From positions 1 to 64,000 of the forward strand of contig CAVYSY010000044.1 in the NCBI GenBank assembly GCA_963771175.1: a stretch of DNA of 64,000 nucleotides, in the 5' to 3' direction. Shown here piece by piece: positions 33,057 to 42,300 of the stretch. Numbering within the stretch: the first letter of the stretch is position 1; every line of letters begins with the position of its first letter. Source of the DNA: an uncultured delta proteobacterium. Its GTDB lineage: Bacteria; Myxococcota; Myxococcia; Myxococcales; Myxococcaceae. A program made the translations under genes and the position numbers. The notes beneath the pieces are model-generated. The model did no database searches. It saw only the letters and a list, made by a program, of their open reading frames with translations, and was not told the DNA's origin.

Positions 33057-33135
33057 CCGGGGAAGGTGTCGGGGAAGGTGTCAAAGGATTCGTTCCGACA
33101 CCTCGTCTCCTACGAATCGTCTGACACCCTTCCTG
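33057..33135. repeat. REP-like element copy 4 with duplicated left end
   Basis: CCGGGGAAGGTGTCGGGGAAGGTGTCAAAGG...TCTGACACCCTTCCTG. Confidence 0.95.
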
Positions 33136-33153
33136 CGCAACCTCCGAGGCGCG

Positions 33154-33930
33154 TCACTCCGCCCAGGTGAGCACTTCCACCATGCGCACGAAGAGCCGGT
33201 CGTTGCTGACGGCGGCCACCACGAAGCCCGCCGACTCGCCCGGGCCGCCCCGGCCCATGGAGCGCCAGCTCGAGATGTAGAGCCGCTGGCCGGTGCCCGA
33301 AACCTGCTTGAGGTACGCCACCGCCCCATCCACCTCCGCCGCGGTCGGCGTGCCCGAGTACGTGCGCTGCTGCAGCCGGGTGCGCAGCTCGGCCTCGGTG
33401 ACGGGCTCGAAGAAGTACGGATAGTCGTAGTAGCTGCCGAAGGCCCACCCGTACGTCTCCAGCAGCGTCACCTGATTGGCCTCGCCGTCGCCCTCGGCGA
33501 TGGAGCCCTCCTGGATGCGCGAGCTGCTCGCGAGCGGTCCGCTCGCGCCGTACAGCTGGGCCGGCGTGCCCGACACCGCGTCCATCCCCAGCGGGTTTCC
33601 GTAGTCCGCCGCGTCGTTCAGCTCGTGGAAGGCGTTGAGGTACGTCTTCGCATCCGCCGCCACGCCGGTGAGGAAGGTGGCATTGCCCACCTTCGTGGCC
33701 AGGTGAGCATGCTCCGCCGAGTCCACCCAGTAGTCCGAGGCGAAGGCGTCGAGCGCGTTCACCATCTCCGAGCGGGTGACCGTCGTGCCACTGGTGCTGG
33801 TGCTGGCACGCGCGGCCGTCATCCTCGAGTCGAAGAGGGCAATGTTCGCGGCGCTGTCCGCCAGGGCGGCAGGCGCGGTCAGCAGCGCCAGTGCGCCGAC
33901 GAGGGACTTGAGAGAGGAGCTGGACTTCAT
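33154..33930 (-). CDS. Secreted hypothetical protein (cargo unit)
   Basis: Signal peptide ...LLTAPAALA; GC3 bias. Confidence 0.8.
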   Translation of the reverse strand: MKSSSSLKSLVGALALLTAPAALADSAANIALFDSRMTAARASTSTSGTTVTRSEMVNALDAFASDYWVDSAEHAHLATKVGNATFLTGVAADAKTYLNAFHELNDAADYGNPLGMDAVSGTPAQLYGASGPLASSSRIQEGSIAEGDGEANQVTLLETYGWAFGSYYDYPYFFEPVTEAELRTRLQQRTYSGTPTAAEVDGAVAYLKQVSGTGQRLYISSWRSMGRGGPGESAGFVVAAVSNDRLFVRMVEVLTWAE

Positions 33931-34089
33931 GGGGGGGGACCTCGCGAAGGCCGGGGGGGCCAGTAGGGGGGGGGGACTTCATCGAAGTTCCTACTATCGT
34001 TCAGAATGGCAGATCCAGCGGAAAAATCATGTTTCACTGCTTTTGCGGGTTCGTGACACAGGCTTCAAACGGCGCGACGCAGGGCGTCG

Positions 34090-34550
34090 AGGAGGGCGTC
34101 CAGGTCCGCGTCGGTGTGAGGGGATTGATGAGGGTGGTGCGCAGCTACACGCGCCCGCCGAGCGTGGTCTGCACCAGGTAGAAGTCCCCGCGGGTGACGA
34201 GCGACTCGCGCAGACGCACCTGGAGCGCGTCGAGCGCCGAGGCGGGGAGGCCCTGGGGGGGGTGTGGCGGAAGCAGACGATGTTGCAGTCGGGCGGCATG
34301 GCCAGCTCGAAGTCGCCGGAGGACTGGAGGCGCTCGGCGAAGCGGCGGGACAGGTCGAAGGGGTCGGTGACGGAGTCGGCGAAGAGCTTCGTGCCGAGGG
34401 TGCTCAGGCAGGTATACAGCTCGAGGGCCATCATCTCCTTGGTGCACTCGAGGGTGCGCAGCGCCACGTCGCTCCAGCGCCGCGTGTCCTGGCCGGTGAA
34501 GAGGTCGGAGGCCTCCTGGGCGAAGGCCTCGAAGGAGCGGTGGCCCTCGC
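34090..34550 (-). pseudogene. C-terminal fragment of a PLP-dependent group II decarboxylase
   Basis: RTLECTK, PDCNIVCFRH, FYLVQTTL..LRTTLINP; frameshift ~34255, stop at 34145; 5'-truncated at REP variant. Confidence 0.8.
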
Positions 34551-34617
34551 CATTACGAGGTGTTTGACACCCATTACGGGGACACCCATTACGAGCCATT
34601 ACGAGGTGTTTGACACC
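34551..34617 (-). repeat. REP-like short variant cluster
   Basis: CATTACGAGGTGTTTGACACC x2 plus partial CCATTACG units; reverse complement of 32539 variant. Confidence 0.88.
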
Positions 34618-34676
34618 TGGGCCGGCGCCTGGGCCGCCTGGGCTGTGGCCGCCTGGGCCGCTCTCGAACAGCCTGC

Positions 34677-35447
34677 TCACTGCCCGAGCGATTGGGGCGG
34701 CGGCTTCACGCTGAACATGGGCAAGTAACACTCACCCTGGTGCTCGTAGAGGTTATCCGGGCAGGGGCCCTTCAGCTTATGAGGCACCCAGCAGGCGCCG
34801 ATGAGCTCTACCTCGGTGTAGCGCGTGCAGGGGGGACGTTTCTGTCCTTTGAAGGGCTCGCGTGGGAGAGGTCGGGCGAGCACGAACTCTCCCTGGGGCG
34901 TACTGTCCGCGAGCCAACCGTCGTTGACAGGGTCTGGCCTTCCAGTGGCCAGCGGAGCGCTCACTCCAGGCGCCAGACCGTTCGGCGGTTGGGACACGGG
35001 AGCCAGATGAACCAGGGTGAAGAGCAGGGCGCCCACCACGACGGCACCAGCCAATCCCACGTGCCACCAGGGGCGCCGGGGCGCGGGTGAGGCGGAGAAG
35101 GCGTGTGCCATGCGCCCCACGGCCTTGTGCACATCCTCCAAGGTGGACACCAGCGACTCCACCGATTGCCTGTCGGGAGCCACGGACCTCGGGGTTTGCT
35201 CCACCTCCATGGCATCGTAGCCAGACGTGGAGATGATGCGGACCCGCAGGTCGATCAGCGGCTCCGCCCTCTCCTCATCCCTGGCGGCGGGCTTGAACAC
35301 CAGGGCCGGCGCCCCACTCGTCTCGTGCGTGGCCCGGTAGAGCTCCCCCTGGCCGCAGTCGTCCTGCGGCACCTGCTCCTGGAGTTGATACGGCCCCACC
35401 TTCCCCGCTTCCTCCCAGCTCAACTCGGGCTTCTTCGGCTCATCCAT
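34677..35447 (-). CDS. Myxobacterial membrane protein with kinase-N-lobe-like start and Cys-rich C-terminal domain
   Basis: VGPYQL..GELYRATHETSG.PALV; TM helix; GQKRPPC..CW..CP..CYLP. Confidence 0.75.
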   Translation of the reverse strand: MDEPKKPELSWEEAGKVGPYQLQEQVPQDDCGQGELYRATHETSGAPALVFKPAARDEERAEPLIDLRVRIISTSGYDAMEVEQTPRSVAPDRQSVESLVSTLEDVHKAVGRMAHAFSASPAPRRPWWHVGLAGAVVVGALLFTLVHLAPVSQPPNGLAPGVSAPLATGRPDPVNDGWLADSTPQGEFVLARPLPREPFKGQKRPPCTRYTEVELIGACWVPHKLKGPCPDNLYEHQGECYLPMFSVKPPPQSLGQ

Positions 35448-35574
35448 GCGCGATCCTCGCTGGCCTCCACTCCTGCCCGAGGCCCTGCCCCCGTGCTCGC
35501 ATGGAGCCGAACTCATGCACCAGGAGGCATGCGGTTCCCTCAGGGGCTCCCTACTCAACAAGAGACACGCCAGA

Positions 35575-35645
35575 GACGGTGTCCAGAGAGGGTGTCAAAG
35601 GATTCGAATCGCCCAGAGACGGTGTCAAAGGATTCGAATCGCAGG
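35575..35645 (+). repeat. Tandem REP-like left arms upstream of RAYT
   Basis: CCAGAGA(G/C)GGTGTCAAAGGATTCGAATCGC x2. Confidence 0.9.
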
Positions 35646-35771
35646 ACTTGAGCCAGAACGAGACTCGGCGTGGACGGGTGAACCTACCGGCTCCCAAGTC
35701 TTTCTGCGGACTTGGAGTTGGCCCACAGGGTGCATCCGGCCTGGCCGAGCGCACGCAGGGGATGGGGATGG

Positions 35772-36704
35772 ATGGGCTGGCCGTTGAGGATGTTCCAGGA
35801 GGAGGGTCTCTATTTCGTCACGTCCAGGTGCTTCCAGGGACGGCTGCTGCTGCGTCCCAGCGCGGAGGTGAACGAGGTGGTTGGAGGCGTGCTGGCGCGA
35901 GCCGTCCAGCGGAGCGCCGGTCACGTGCGGCTGCACGCCTTCACCTTCGCTTCCAACCACTTCCACCTGCTGGTGTGGGCGCGGGGGGCAGCGCTCTCCG
36001 CCTTCATGCAGTACCTGCGTGCCAACCTGTCCAAGAAGCTGGGGAGGTTGGTGGACTGGAGCGGCGGTTTCTGGGAGAGGCGTTACTCGGCGGAGCCGGT
36101 GCTGGACGACGGGGCGCTGGTGGGGCGGCTGCGCTACGTACTGGCCCATGGGGTGAAAGAGGGGCTGGTGGAGAGAAGCACCGAGTGGCCGGGCCTCACG
36201 TGTCTACCGCAATTGCTGGGGCCGGCACGGCGACTGTTCCAGTGGTTCAACTGGACGAAGCGCTGGACCAAGAGGGGGAGCGAGGACATGGCAAGAGCGC
36301 AGGGGCGCTTTGCCAAGGAATGGGCTGAGCCAGTGGCGTTGGAGGTGGCTCCCCTGCCGTGTTGGGAAGGCCTGGGGGAGGAGGAGAGGCAGCGTGCGGT
36401 GCGGGGACTGGTGGAGGAGGTGGAGGCCGAGGCTCGCGCACGGGACAAGCCTGTCCTGGGGGCGCGAGCCGTGAAGGCCCAGCACCCGCATACCCGGCCC
36501 GAGCAGCTCAAGCGCAGCCCGCGGCCGTTGGGGCATGCCTCCACGCGCCAGGCGCTGAGGGAGTTGCGCGAGCAGTACCGTGCCTTCGTCGCGGCGTTCC
36601 AAGAGGCGGCGGCTCGGTGGAGGCGGGGAGACTTCTCGGCGAGCTTTCCTCTCTACTCCTTCCCGCCGCGTATCGTGCCGGGTCGTGTCGCGCGAATCCT
36701 TTGA
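35772..36704 (+). CDS. HUH/Y1 REP-associated tyrosine transposase (RAYT-like, IS200 superfamily)
   Basis: YFVTSRC, SNHFHLL (HUH), FWERRY, LRYVLAHGVKEGLV (catalytic Tyr), WPG. Confidence 0.88.
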   Translation: MGWPLRMFQEEGLYFVTSRCFQGRLLLRPSAEVNEVVGGVLARAVQRSAGHVRLHAFTFASNHFHLLVWARGAALSAFMQYLRANLSKKLGRLVDWSGGFWERRYSAEPVLDDGALVGRLRYVLAHGVKEGLVERSTEWPGLTCLPQLLGPARRLFQWFNWTKRWTKRGSEDMARAQGRFAKEWAEPVALEVAPLPCWEGLGEEERQRAVRGLVEEVEAEARARDKPVLGARAVKAQHPHTRPEQLKRSPRPLGHASTRQALRELREQYRAFVAAFQEAAARWRRGDFSASFPLYSFPPRIVPGRVARIL

Positions 36705-36737
36705 CACCCTCTCCGGACACCCTCTCCGGGCACCCTG
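36693..36737 (-). repeat. Inverted REP-like arm with stutters at RAYT 3' end (contains its stop codon)
   Basis: CGAATCCTTTGACACCCTCTCCGGACACCCTCTCCGGGCACCCT. Confidence 0.9.
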
Positions 36738-36899
36738 CCTACCGGGCAAGCTCTTCATCACCCCTCCTCTCCGGGGCAGGGGAGTTCACTGCCGGGCGTG
36801 GGCATCGTGCCGCGGTGTTCCTCTCTGTCGTTGCAGTCGGAATCCCGTCTGCCCCCGGGGGCTCATGGTCGCGAGCGCATTCGGACGAATCCTTGGCGC

Positions 36900-38855
36900 A
36901 TGACTTCCTGCCCACGAATCCTCGTGGCCGTGGTGCTCCTGCTCGGTGGCACACGGTGTATGGACAAGCAGCCGCCCGTGGTGGATGACGGGTCTCCCCG
37001 GGAGGTGCTCGAGCCACCTCCCGCGGCGCCCGCGACGCCGCCGCCGCAATCCAGGTCGAGGCGGGAGGTCATGTACCGCTTCCTGGACGAGGGGGACCGG
37101 GAGCGCGCCAATCTCCTCCTCGCCAACCGCTGGCCCGTCACACGTTTCCCGGACGTCGAGCTGCCTCCGTCACCTACGTGGACGGAGGATCCGTTCCGCG
37201 AGAAGTTCTGGCGCTTCGAGTTCTACGGGCTGCGCCCCTTGCGCCACCTGATGCGGGCCTGGCTCGACACCGGGGATGACCGCTACCGCGTCCGGCTCAC
37301 CGCGGTGCTGGAGAGCTTCGTCGCGCACGGTCATGACTCCGCGTTCGCCTGGGACAAGCACACCACCGCCTACCGGGGTATGTCCCTGGTCAACCTCTAC
37401 GTGAAGCTGAAGTCGCGCGGGGCGCTCCCGCCCGGGTTGGAGCAGGGCCTGCGCGAGCGCATCCTCGAGGTCGGCTCCTTCCTCCACGACCCCAAGAACT
37501 ACGAGCCCGACTACAACCATGGCCTCGCCGAGGCCGGGGCGCTGCTGCTCATCGCGGAGAACTTCCCGGAGTCCCAGGCCGCCTCCTCCTGGCGCACCAC
37601 GGCCCTCGCGCGGCTGGACGGGCTGCTCGCTCAGGTGCTCGACGAGGACGGGGTGGAGGTGGAGCAGTCGCCCTTCTACCACTTCTATTTCATGACGGGC
37701 TTCTGGGAGATCTACCACTGGGCCCGCGAGAACGACGTTCCGCTCTCGCCCCAGGCGGAGACGCGCATCCGACAGATGATCCGCTACGCCGCATACATCA
37801 CCCTGCCCGATGGGAACGTCCCGATGCTCGGCACGAGCGTGGCGCGCAACGTGCGCAAGTCCCAGGACACGCCCCGGTACGCGGAGATGGCCGCCCTGGA
37901 CCCCGCCTTCGAGTACGCGCTGACGGCAGGCCGCTCGGGCACGCCGCCACCGGAGACGCGGATGCTCTTCCCCTCCTCGGGGCAGGCGGTGCTGCGCTCC
38001 AGCTTCGGCACGGCGGCGGACTTCCTCCAGCAGACGCACGTGATTGTCGACGTGGGCCCGTACCGGACGCTCCACAGCCACCTGGACGCGCTCGCGTTGC
38101 AGCTCTACTCGGCCGGCCGGACGCTGCTACCGGACTCGGGCCACTTCTCCCCCGAGCCCGGGCCCGACTTCGACTACTTCAACAGCACTCGCGCCCATAA
38201 CACCGTGGTGGTGGATGGGCGGGACCAGCGCGTGGGCGCGGCCCGGGCCGGGTTGTCCACGGGGGCGGGCGGTTGGGCCTACCAGTCGGGCGCGCACGAG
38301 CTCTACGACGGTGTCGTGCACCGGCGCGCGGTGTTGTTGCTCCGGCGCGACCTGGTGCTCGTCGTGGACGACCTGAGCAGCGCCACCCCGCATGTCTACG
38401 AGCAGACCTGGCACCTCTTCCCCGAGGCGGAGCTGCGGGTGGAGGACCTGCGGGCGACGGCCCTCGAGTCCGGCTCGGGCCGGGCACTGCTCACCCTGCA
38501 CCAGTTGATGCCCGCATCCGGCTTGGACCTCCAGTGGCGCAAGGGGCGCACCGCGCCCCTCGACGGGTGGTACTCCGCGCGCTTCGAGATCAAGCTCCCC
38601 AACTACGCGCTGCATTACCAGCGCAAGGCTGCGCAAGCGGTGTACGTCACCGTGCTGGCCTCGGGCGAGCTGGCGAGCCTGCCCCTGCAAGGAGGGGCGC
38701 GGGGCGACACCCGGAAGCTGGAGGCCACCGTGTGCCTGCCCTCGGGGGCTGGCTATCACGTCGCCATCACGAACCTGACCGGGCCCGGGGAGGGGGTCAC
38801 CGTGGACGAAGTGCCCGCCTCCTGCCAGGTGCCCGCCCTGGACTCGCGGCCGTAG
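36900..38855 (+). CDS. Heparinase II/III-like exported protein
   Basis: NHGL, DGVEVEQSPFYH, HSHLDAL, AHNTVVVDG, HRRAV, WHL; N-terminal signal. Confidence 0.85.
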   Translation: MTSCPRILVAVVLLLGGTRCMDKQPPVVDDGSPREVLEPPPAAPATPPPQSRSRREVMYRFLDEGDRERANLLLANRWPVTRFPDVELPPSPTWTEDPFREKFWRFEFYGLRPLRHLMRAWLDTGDDRYRVRLTAVLESFVAHGHDSAFAWDKHTTAYRGMSLVNLYVKLKSRGALPPGLEQGLRERILEVGSFLHDPKNYEPDYNHGLAEAGALLLIAENFPESQAASSWRTTALARLDGLLAQVLDEDGVEVEQSPFYHFYFMTGFWEIYHWARENDVPLSPQAETRIRQMIRYAAYITLPDGNVPMLGTSVARNVRKSQDTPRYAEMAALDPAFEYALTAGRSGTPPPETRMLFPSSGQAVLRSSFGTAADFLQQTHVIVDVGPYRTLHSHLDALALQLYSAGRTLLPDSGHFSPEPGPDFDYFNSTRAHNTVVVDGRDQRVGAARAGLSTGAGGWAYQSGAHELYDGVVHRRAVLLLRRDLVLVVDDLSSATPHVYEQTWHLFPEAELRVEDLRATALESGSGRALLTLHQLMPASGLDLQWRKGRTAPLDGWYSARFEIKLPNYALHYQRKAAQAVYVTVLASGELASLPLQGGARGDTRKLEATVCLPSGAGYHVAITNLTGPGEGVTVDEVPASCQVPALDSRP

Positions 38856-39043
38856 ACGGGGACCGGAGCTCGATTCTCACCTTCGTCTCGCGCTCTGGAC
38901 AAGTCCACCTCGGCTCCCGCCAAGAAGCCCGGCACCGTCTATCGGGTAGAGGGGCCGGAGAACCAGTGCGTTTCCTTCGACAACGGAAAGCCCCATGTCT
39001 CCAAGTCCTTCCATACCAAGACGGTGATGAAGGCCTCTGACAT

Positions 39044-39176
39044 GCTGGGGCGGTTGGTGGACTGGCGCGGCGGTTTCTGGGAGAGGCGTTACTCGGTGGA
39101 GCCGGTGCTGGACGACGCGGCGCGTGTGGGGCGGCGACTGCGTGTCGTGCCGGGTCGTGTCGCGCGAATCCTTTGA
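39044..39176 (+). pseudogene. Internally deleted RAYT remnant
   Basis: Matches ~36038-36130 joined to the RAYT 3' end (36673-36716 = 39145-39188). Confidence 0.88.
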
Positions 39177-39251
39177 CACCCTCTCCGGCGAATCCTTTGA
39201 CACCCTCTCCGGGACACCCTCTCCGGAATGTCGAGTTTGACACCCGTCCGG
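39165..39251 (-). repeat. Tandem inverted REP-like arms
   Basis: CGAATCCTTTGACACCCTCTCCGG x2 plus two partial GACACCC units. Confidence 0.9.
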
Positions 39252-39313
39252 CCCTTTCGAGCACGGCAGAAAGGGGAGCTGCCCATACGTTGGAGGGAGA
39301 AGAGGAATGGTCG

Positions 39314-42300
39314 ATGCCCCTCCGACTCCTGACGTACGAAGCAGTCGACGAACTCTACGAAAGCCGACGCACGCAGATCTGGCGAGGGCATCGGCTGGCG
39401 AGCGGTGAGCCGGTCGTCCTGAAGGTCCTGAAGCCCGAGGCGGCCACCGACAGAGAGCACGCCCGGTTCAGGCACGAATTCCTGCTCACCGCCAGGGCCG
39501 AGCTCCCAGGGGTCATCAAGACGTTCAGCCTGGAGTCCTTCGACGGAAGCCTGCTGATGGTGCTGGAGGACATCGGCGGCGAGTCGCTCGAGCGCCTCTG
39601 CGCACGGACGCCGCTCTCCCTGCCGCGATTCCTGGAGCTGGCGATCGGGCTCGCCGACACCGTGGCACGGCTCCACCAGCGGCGAATCATCCACAAGGAC
39701 ATCAATCCGGCGAACATCGTCCTCGCCCCAGAGACCGGCGAGTATCGGCTGATCGATTTCGGCATCGCCGACGAGCTTCCCCAGCACGAGGTCGCCCCGC
39801 GCCCACCGGCCGCGCTGGAAGGGACGCTCGCCTACATCTCGCCCGAGCAGACGGGGCGGATGAACCGCGCGGTGGACTACCGCACTGATTTCTACTCACT
39901 GGGCGCGACCTTCTACCAGCTGCTGACGGGGCGGTTGCCGTTCGAGGTCGACGACGCCCTGGGACTGGTGCACTGCCACATCGCCGGAACACCGAGGGCG
40001 CCGCATCTGCTCGATCTCCGGATACCGCAGACGGTTTCCCGCATCGTGATGAAGCTGATGTCGAAGCGGGCAGAGGACCGCTACCAGAGCGGCTGGGGGC
40101 TGAAAGCGGACCTGGAGAGGTGCTGGCGGGGACTGCGCGAGGAGGGGGGCGTCCCGGACTTCGAGCCCGGCCTGGAGGACTTCGCCGACCGGCTCCAGCC
40201 GCCGCAGAAGCTCTACGGACGCGAAGAGGAGGTCGGCCGCCTGCTCGCCGCCTTCGAACGGGCGGGCGCGGGAGGACGCGAGCTGCTCCTCGTGGCCGGC
40301 TACGCCGGCGTGGGCAAGACCACGCTGGTGCGCGAAACGCACCGCCCGATCCTGGAGAAGCGAGGGAGCTACATCGAGGGCAAGTTCGATCAGCTCCAGC
40401 GCAATGTGCCCTATTCCGGCTGGATCCAGGCGTTCGAGGGGTTCGTGAACGACCGCTTGATGGAAAGCGAGTCGGAGTTGGCGCGCTGGAGGCGAGACCT
40501 CCTGAGCGCGGTGGGAAGCAGCGGCAAGGTCCTGACGGATGTGATTCGGAACCTGGAGCTGGTCATCGGAGCCCAGCCCGCCGTTCCCGAGCTGAGCGGC
40601 GCCGAGGCGCAGAACCGCTTCAACTACCTGTTCCTCGCGCTCGTCGGAGCCATGGCCACGAGGGAGCATCCGCTTGTCGTCTTCCTCGATGACCTGCAGT
40701 GGATTGATGAGGCCTCGCTCGGCCTGCTGCGGACCCTTCTGACCAGCAGCGGCATCTCGAGCGTCCTGGTCATCGGCGCCTATCGCGACAACGAAGTGAA
40801 CGCGCTGCACCCGCTGATGAGGACCGTCGAGGCCCTGCGCAAGGAGGAGGCGAGGTTCGAACTGCTGACTCTCGGGAACCTCTCGGAACAGACGGTCGAC
40901 GAGCTCGTCGCCGATACCCTGCGGGATGAACGCTCGCGCACCAGGCCGCTCGCCCGTCTCATCTACTCGAAGACGGGAGGCAACGCGTTCTTCACGCTCG
41001 AGATGCTCACGAGCCTGGCGGAGCGGCGGGCCATCTCCTTCGACGTCGAGAGCCGACGCTGGCAATGGGACATCTCCGTGCTCGAGCGCATGGAGATCAC
41101 CGACAACGTCGTCTCCCTGATGCTCGGGAAGCTCCAGAAGCTGGAGTCGAACACGCGCCGGGTGCTGACTCTCGCGGCGTGCATGGGTTTTCGATTCGAC
41201 GTGTCGAACCTGAGCACCATCGCCCGGCGCTCCGAGGACGACACACGGGAGAGCCTGGAGCCCGCGCTGCGCGAGGGCCTCGTCGTGCCCGCGGGGTCGG
41301 AGTTCCAGTTCGCGCACGACCGCGTGCAGCAGGCGGCCTATTCGCTCATCCCCGAGGCCGACGAGAAGAAGACGCACCTGGAGATCGGTCGGCTTCTGCT
41401 TCGGCGTCCCTCGGAGCGCGACCACGAGGAGCAGCTCTTCACCGTGGTCGATCATCTGAACGTCGGAGCCGGGCTGCTCGAGACGGACGCCATGAGGCTG
41501 GAGCTCGCCGGCCTGAACCTGCGGGCAGGGCGCAAGGCCAAGGCCTCCGCCGCGTTCGCCGCGGCCGCGAGGTACTTCGAGGCCGGGGTGGCGCTGCTGG
41601 GCGAGGAGACGTGGGCGACCGACTACCGACTGACGCTCGACCTGCACTCCCTGGCGGCGGAGGCCGCCACCCTCGTCGGCGATTTCCGGCGGACGGACCT
41701 CCACTTCGACGCCGTCGTCCGTCACGCCCGCAATCCAGCCGACATGGTCGCGGCGTACATGAGCAGGATGATGGCGTTTTCGGCGCAGGGCCGGCTTCCG
41801 GAGTTCATGGATTGCGCTCTGGACATTCTCGATCGGCTCGGCGTCCACGTGGAGCCGCACCCGACCGCCGAGGACATCCAGCGCGCGCTGGCGGAGGTCA
41901 GGTCAGCCTACGACCCGAAGGCCATCGGGGCTCTCATGAATCTTCCGAGCGCAACCGATCCCTTCGCGATGGCGGCCATGTCAGTCCTGGATATGGCGAC
42001 AGGCAGCGCCTACAGCGGCAGACCGGACCTGTACGTGTTGTTCGTGTGCCAGCAAGTCAAACGCACCATCGAATTCGGCATCACTCCCGAGTCGATGCGT
42101 TCCTTCGCATGCCTGGGATTGCTCCTTTGCGGACTGCCGGGCGGAGACGTGGACCAGGGCTACCAGTTCGGCATGCTGGCAATGGCGCTCGCCGAAAAGG
42201 CGCCGTCCTCCGTGAGCGCCCCCGGGGCCATGGGCCTTACGGCGGGAATGGGCTTGCACTACAAGCGGCACCTGCGGGATTCGCTCGAGCTGCTCGCCCC

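Noticed and set aside
28258..33135. CRISPR array
   Set aside because: Repeats are 68 bp, separated by 0.4-2.3 kb gene-sized intervals, occur as half-sites in both orientations, and no cas genes are present.
27546..36704. Classical integron
   Set aside because: No IntI tyrosine recombinase, and repeats lack RYYYAAC/GTTRRRY attC ends; only the layout is similar.
35772..36704. IS200/IS605 element with TnpB/IscB
   Set aside because: No RuvC-type ORF adjacent; protein is much longer than IS200 TnpA and is flanked by multi-copy repeats.
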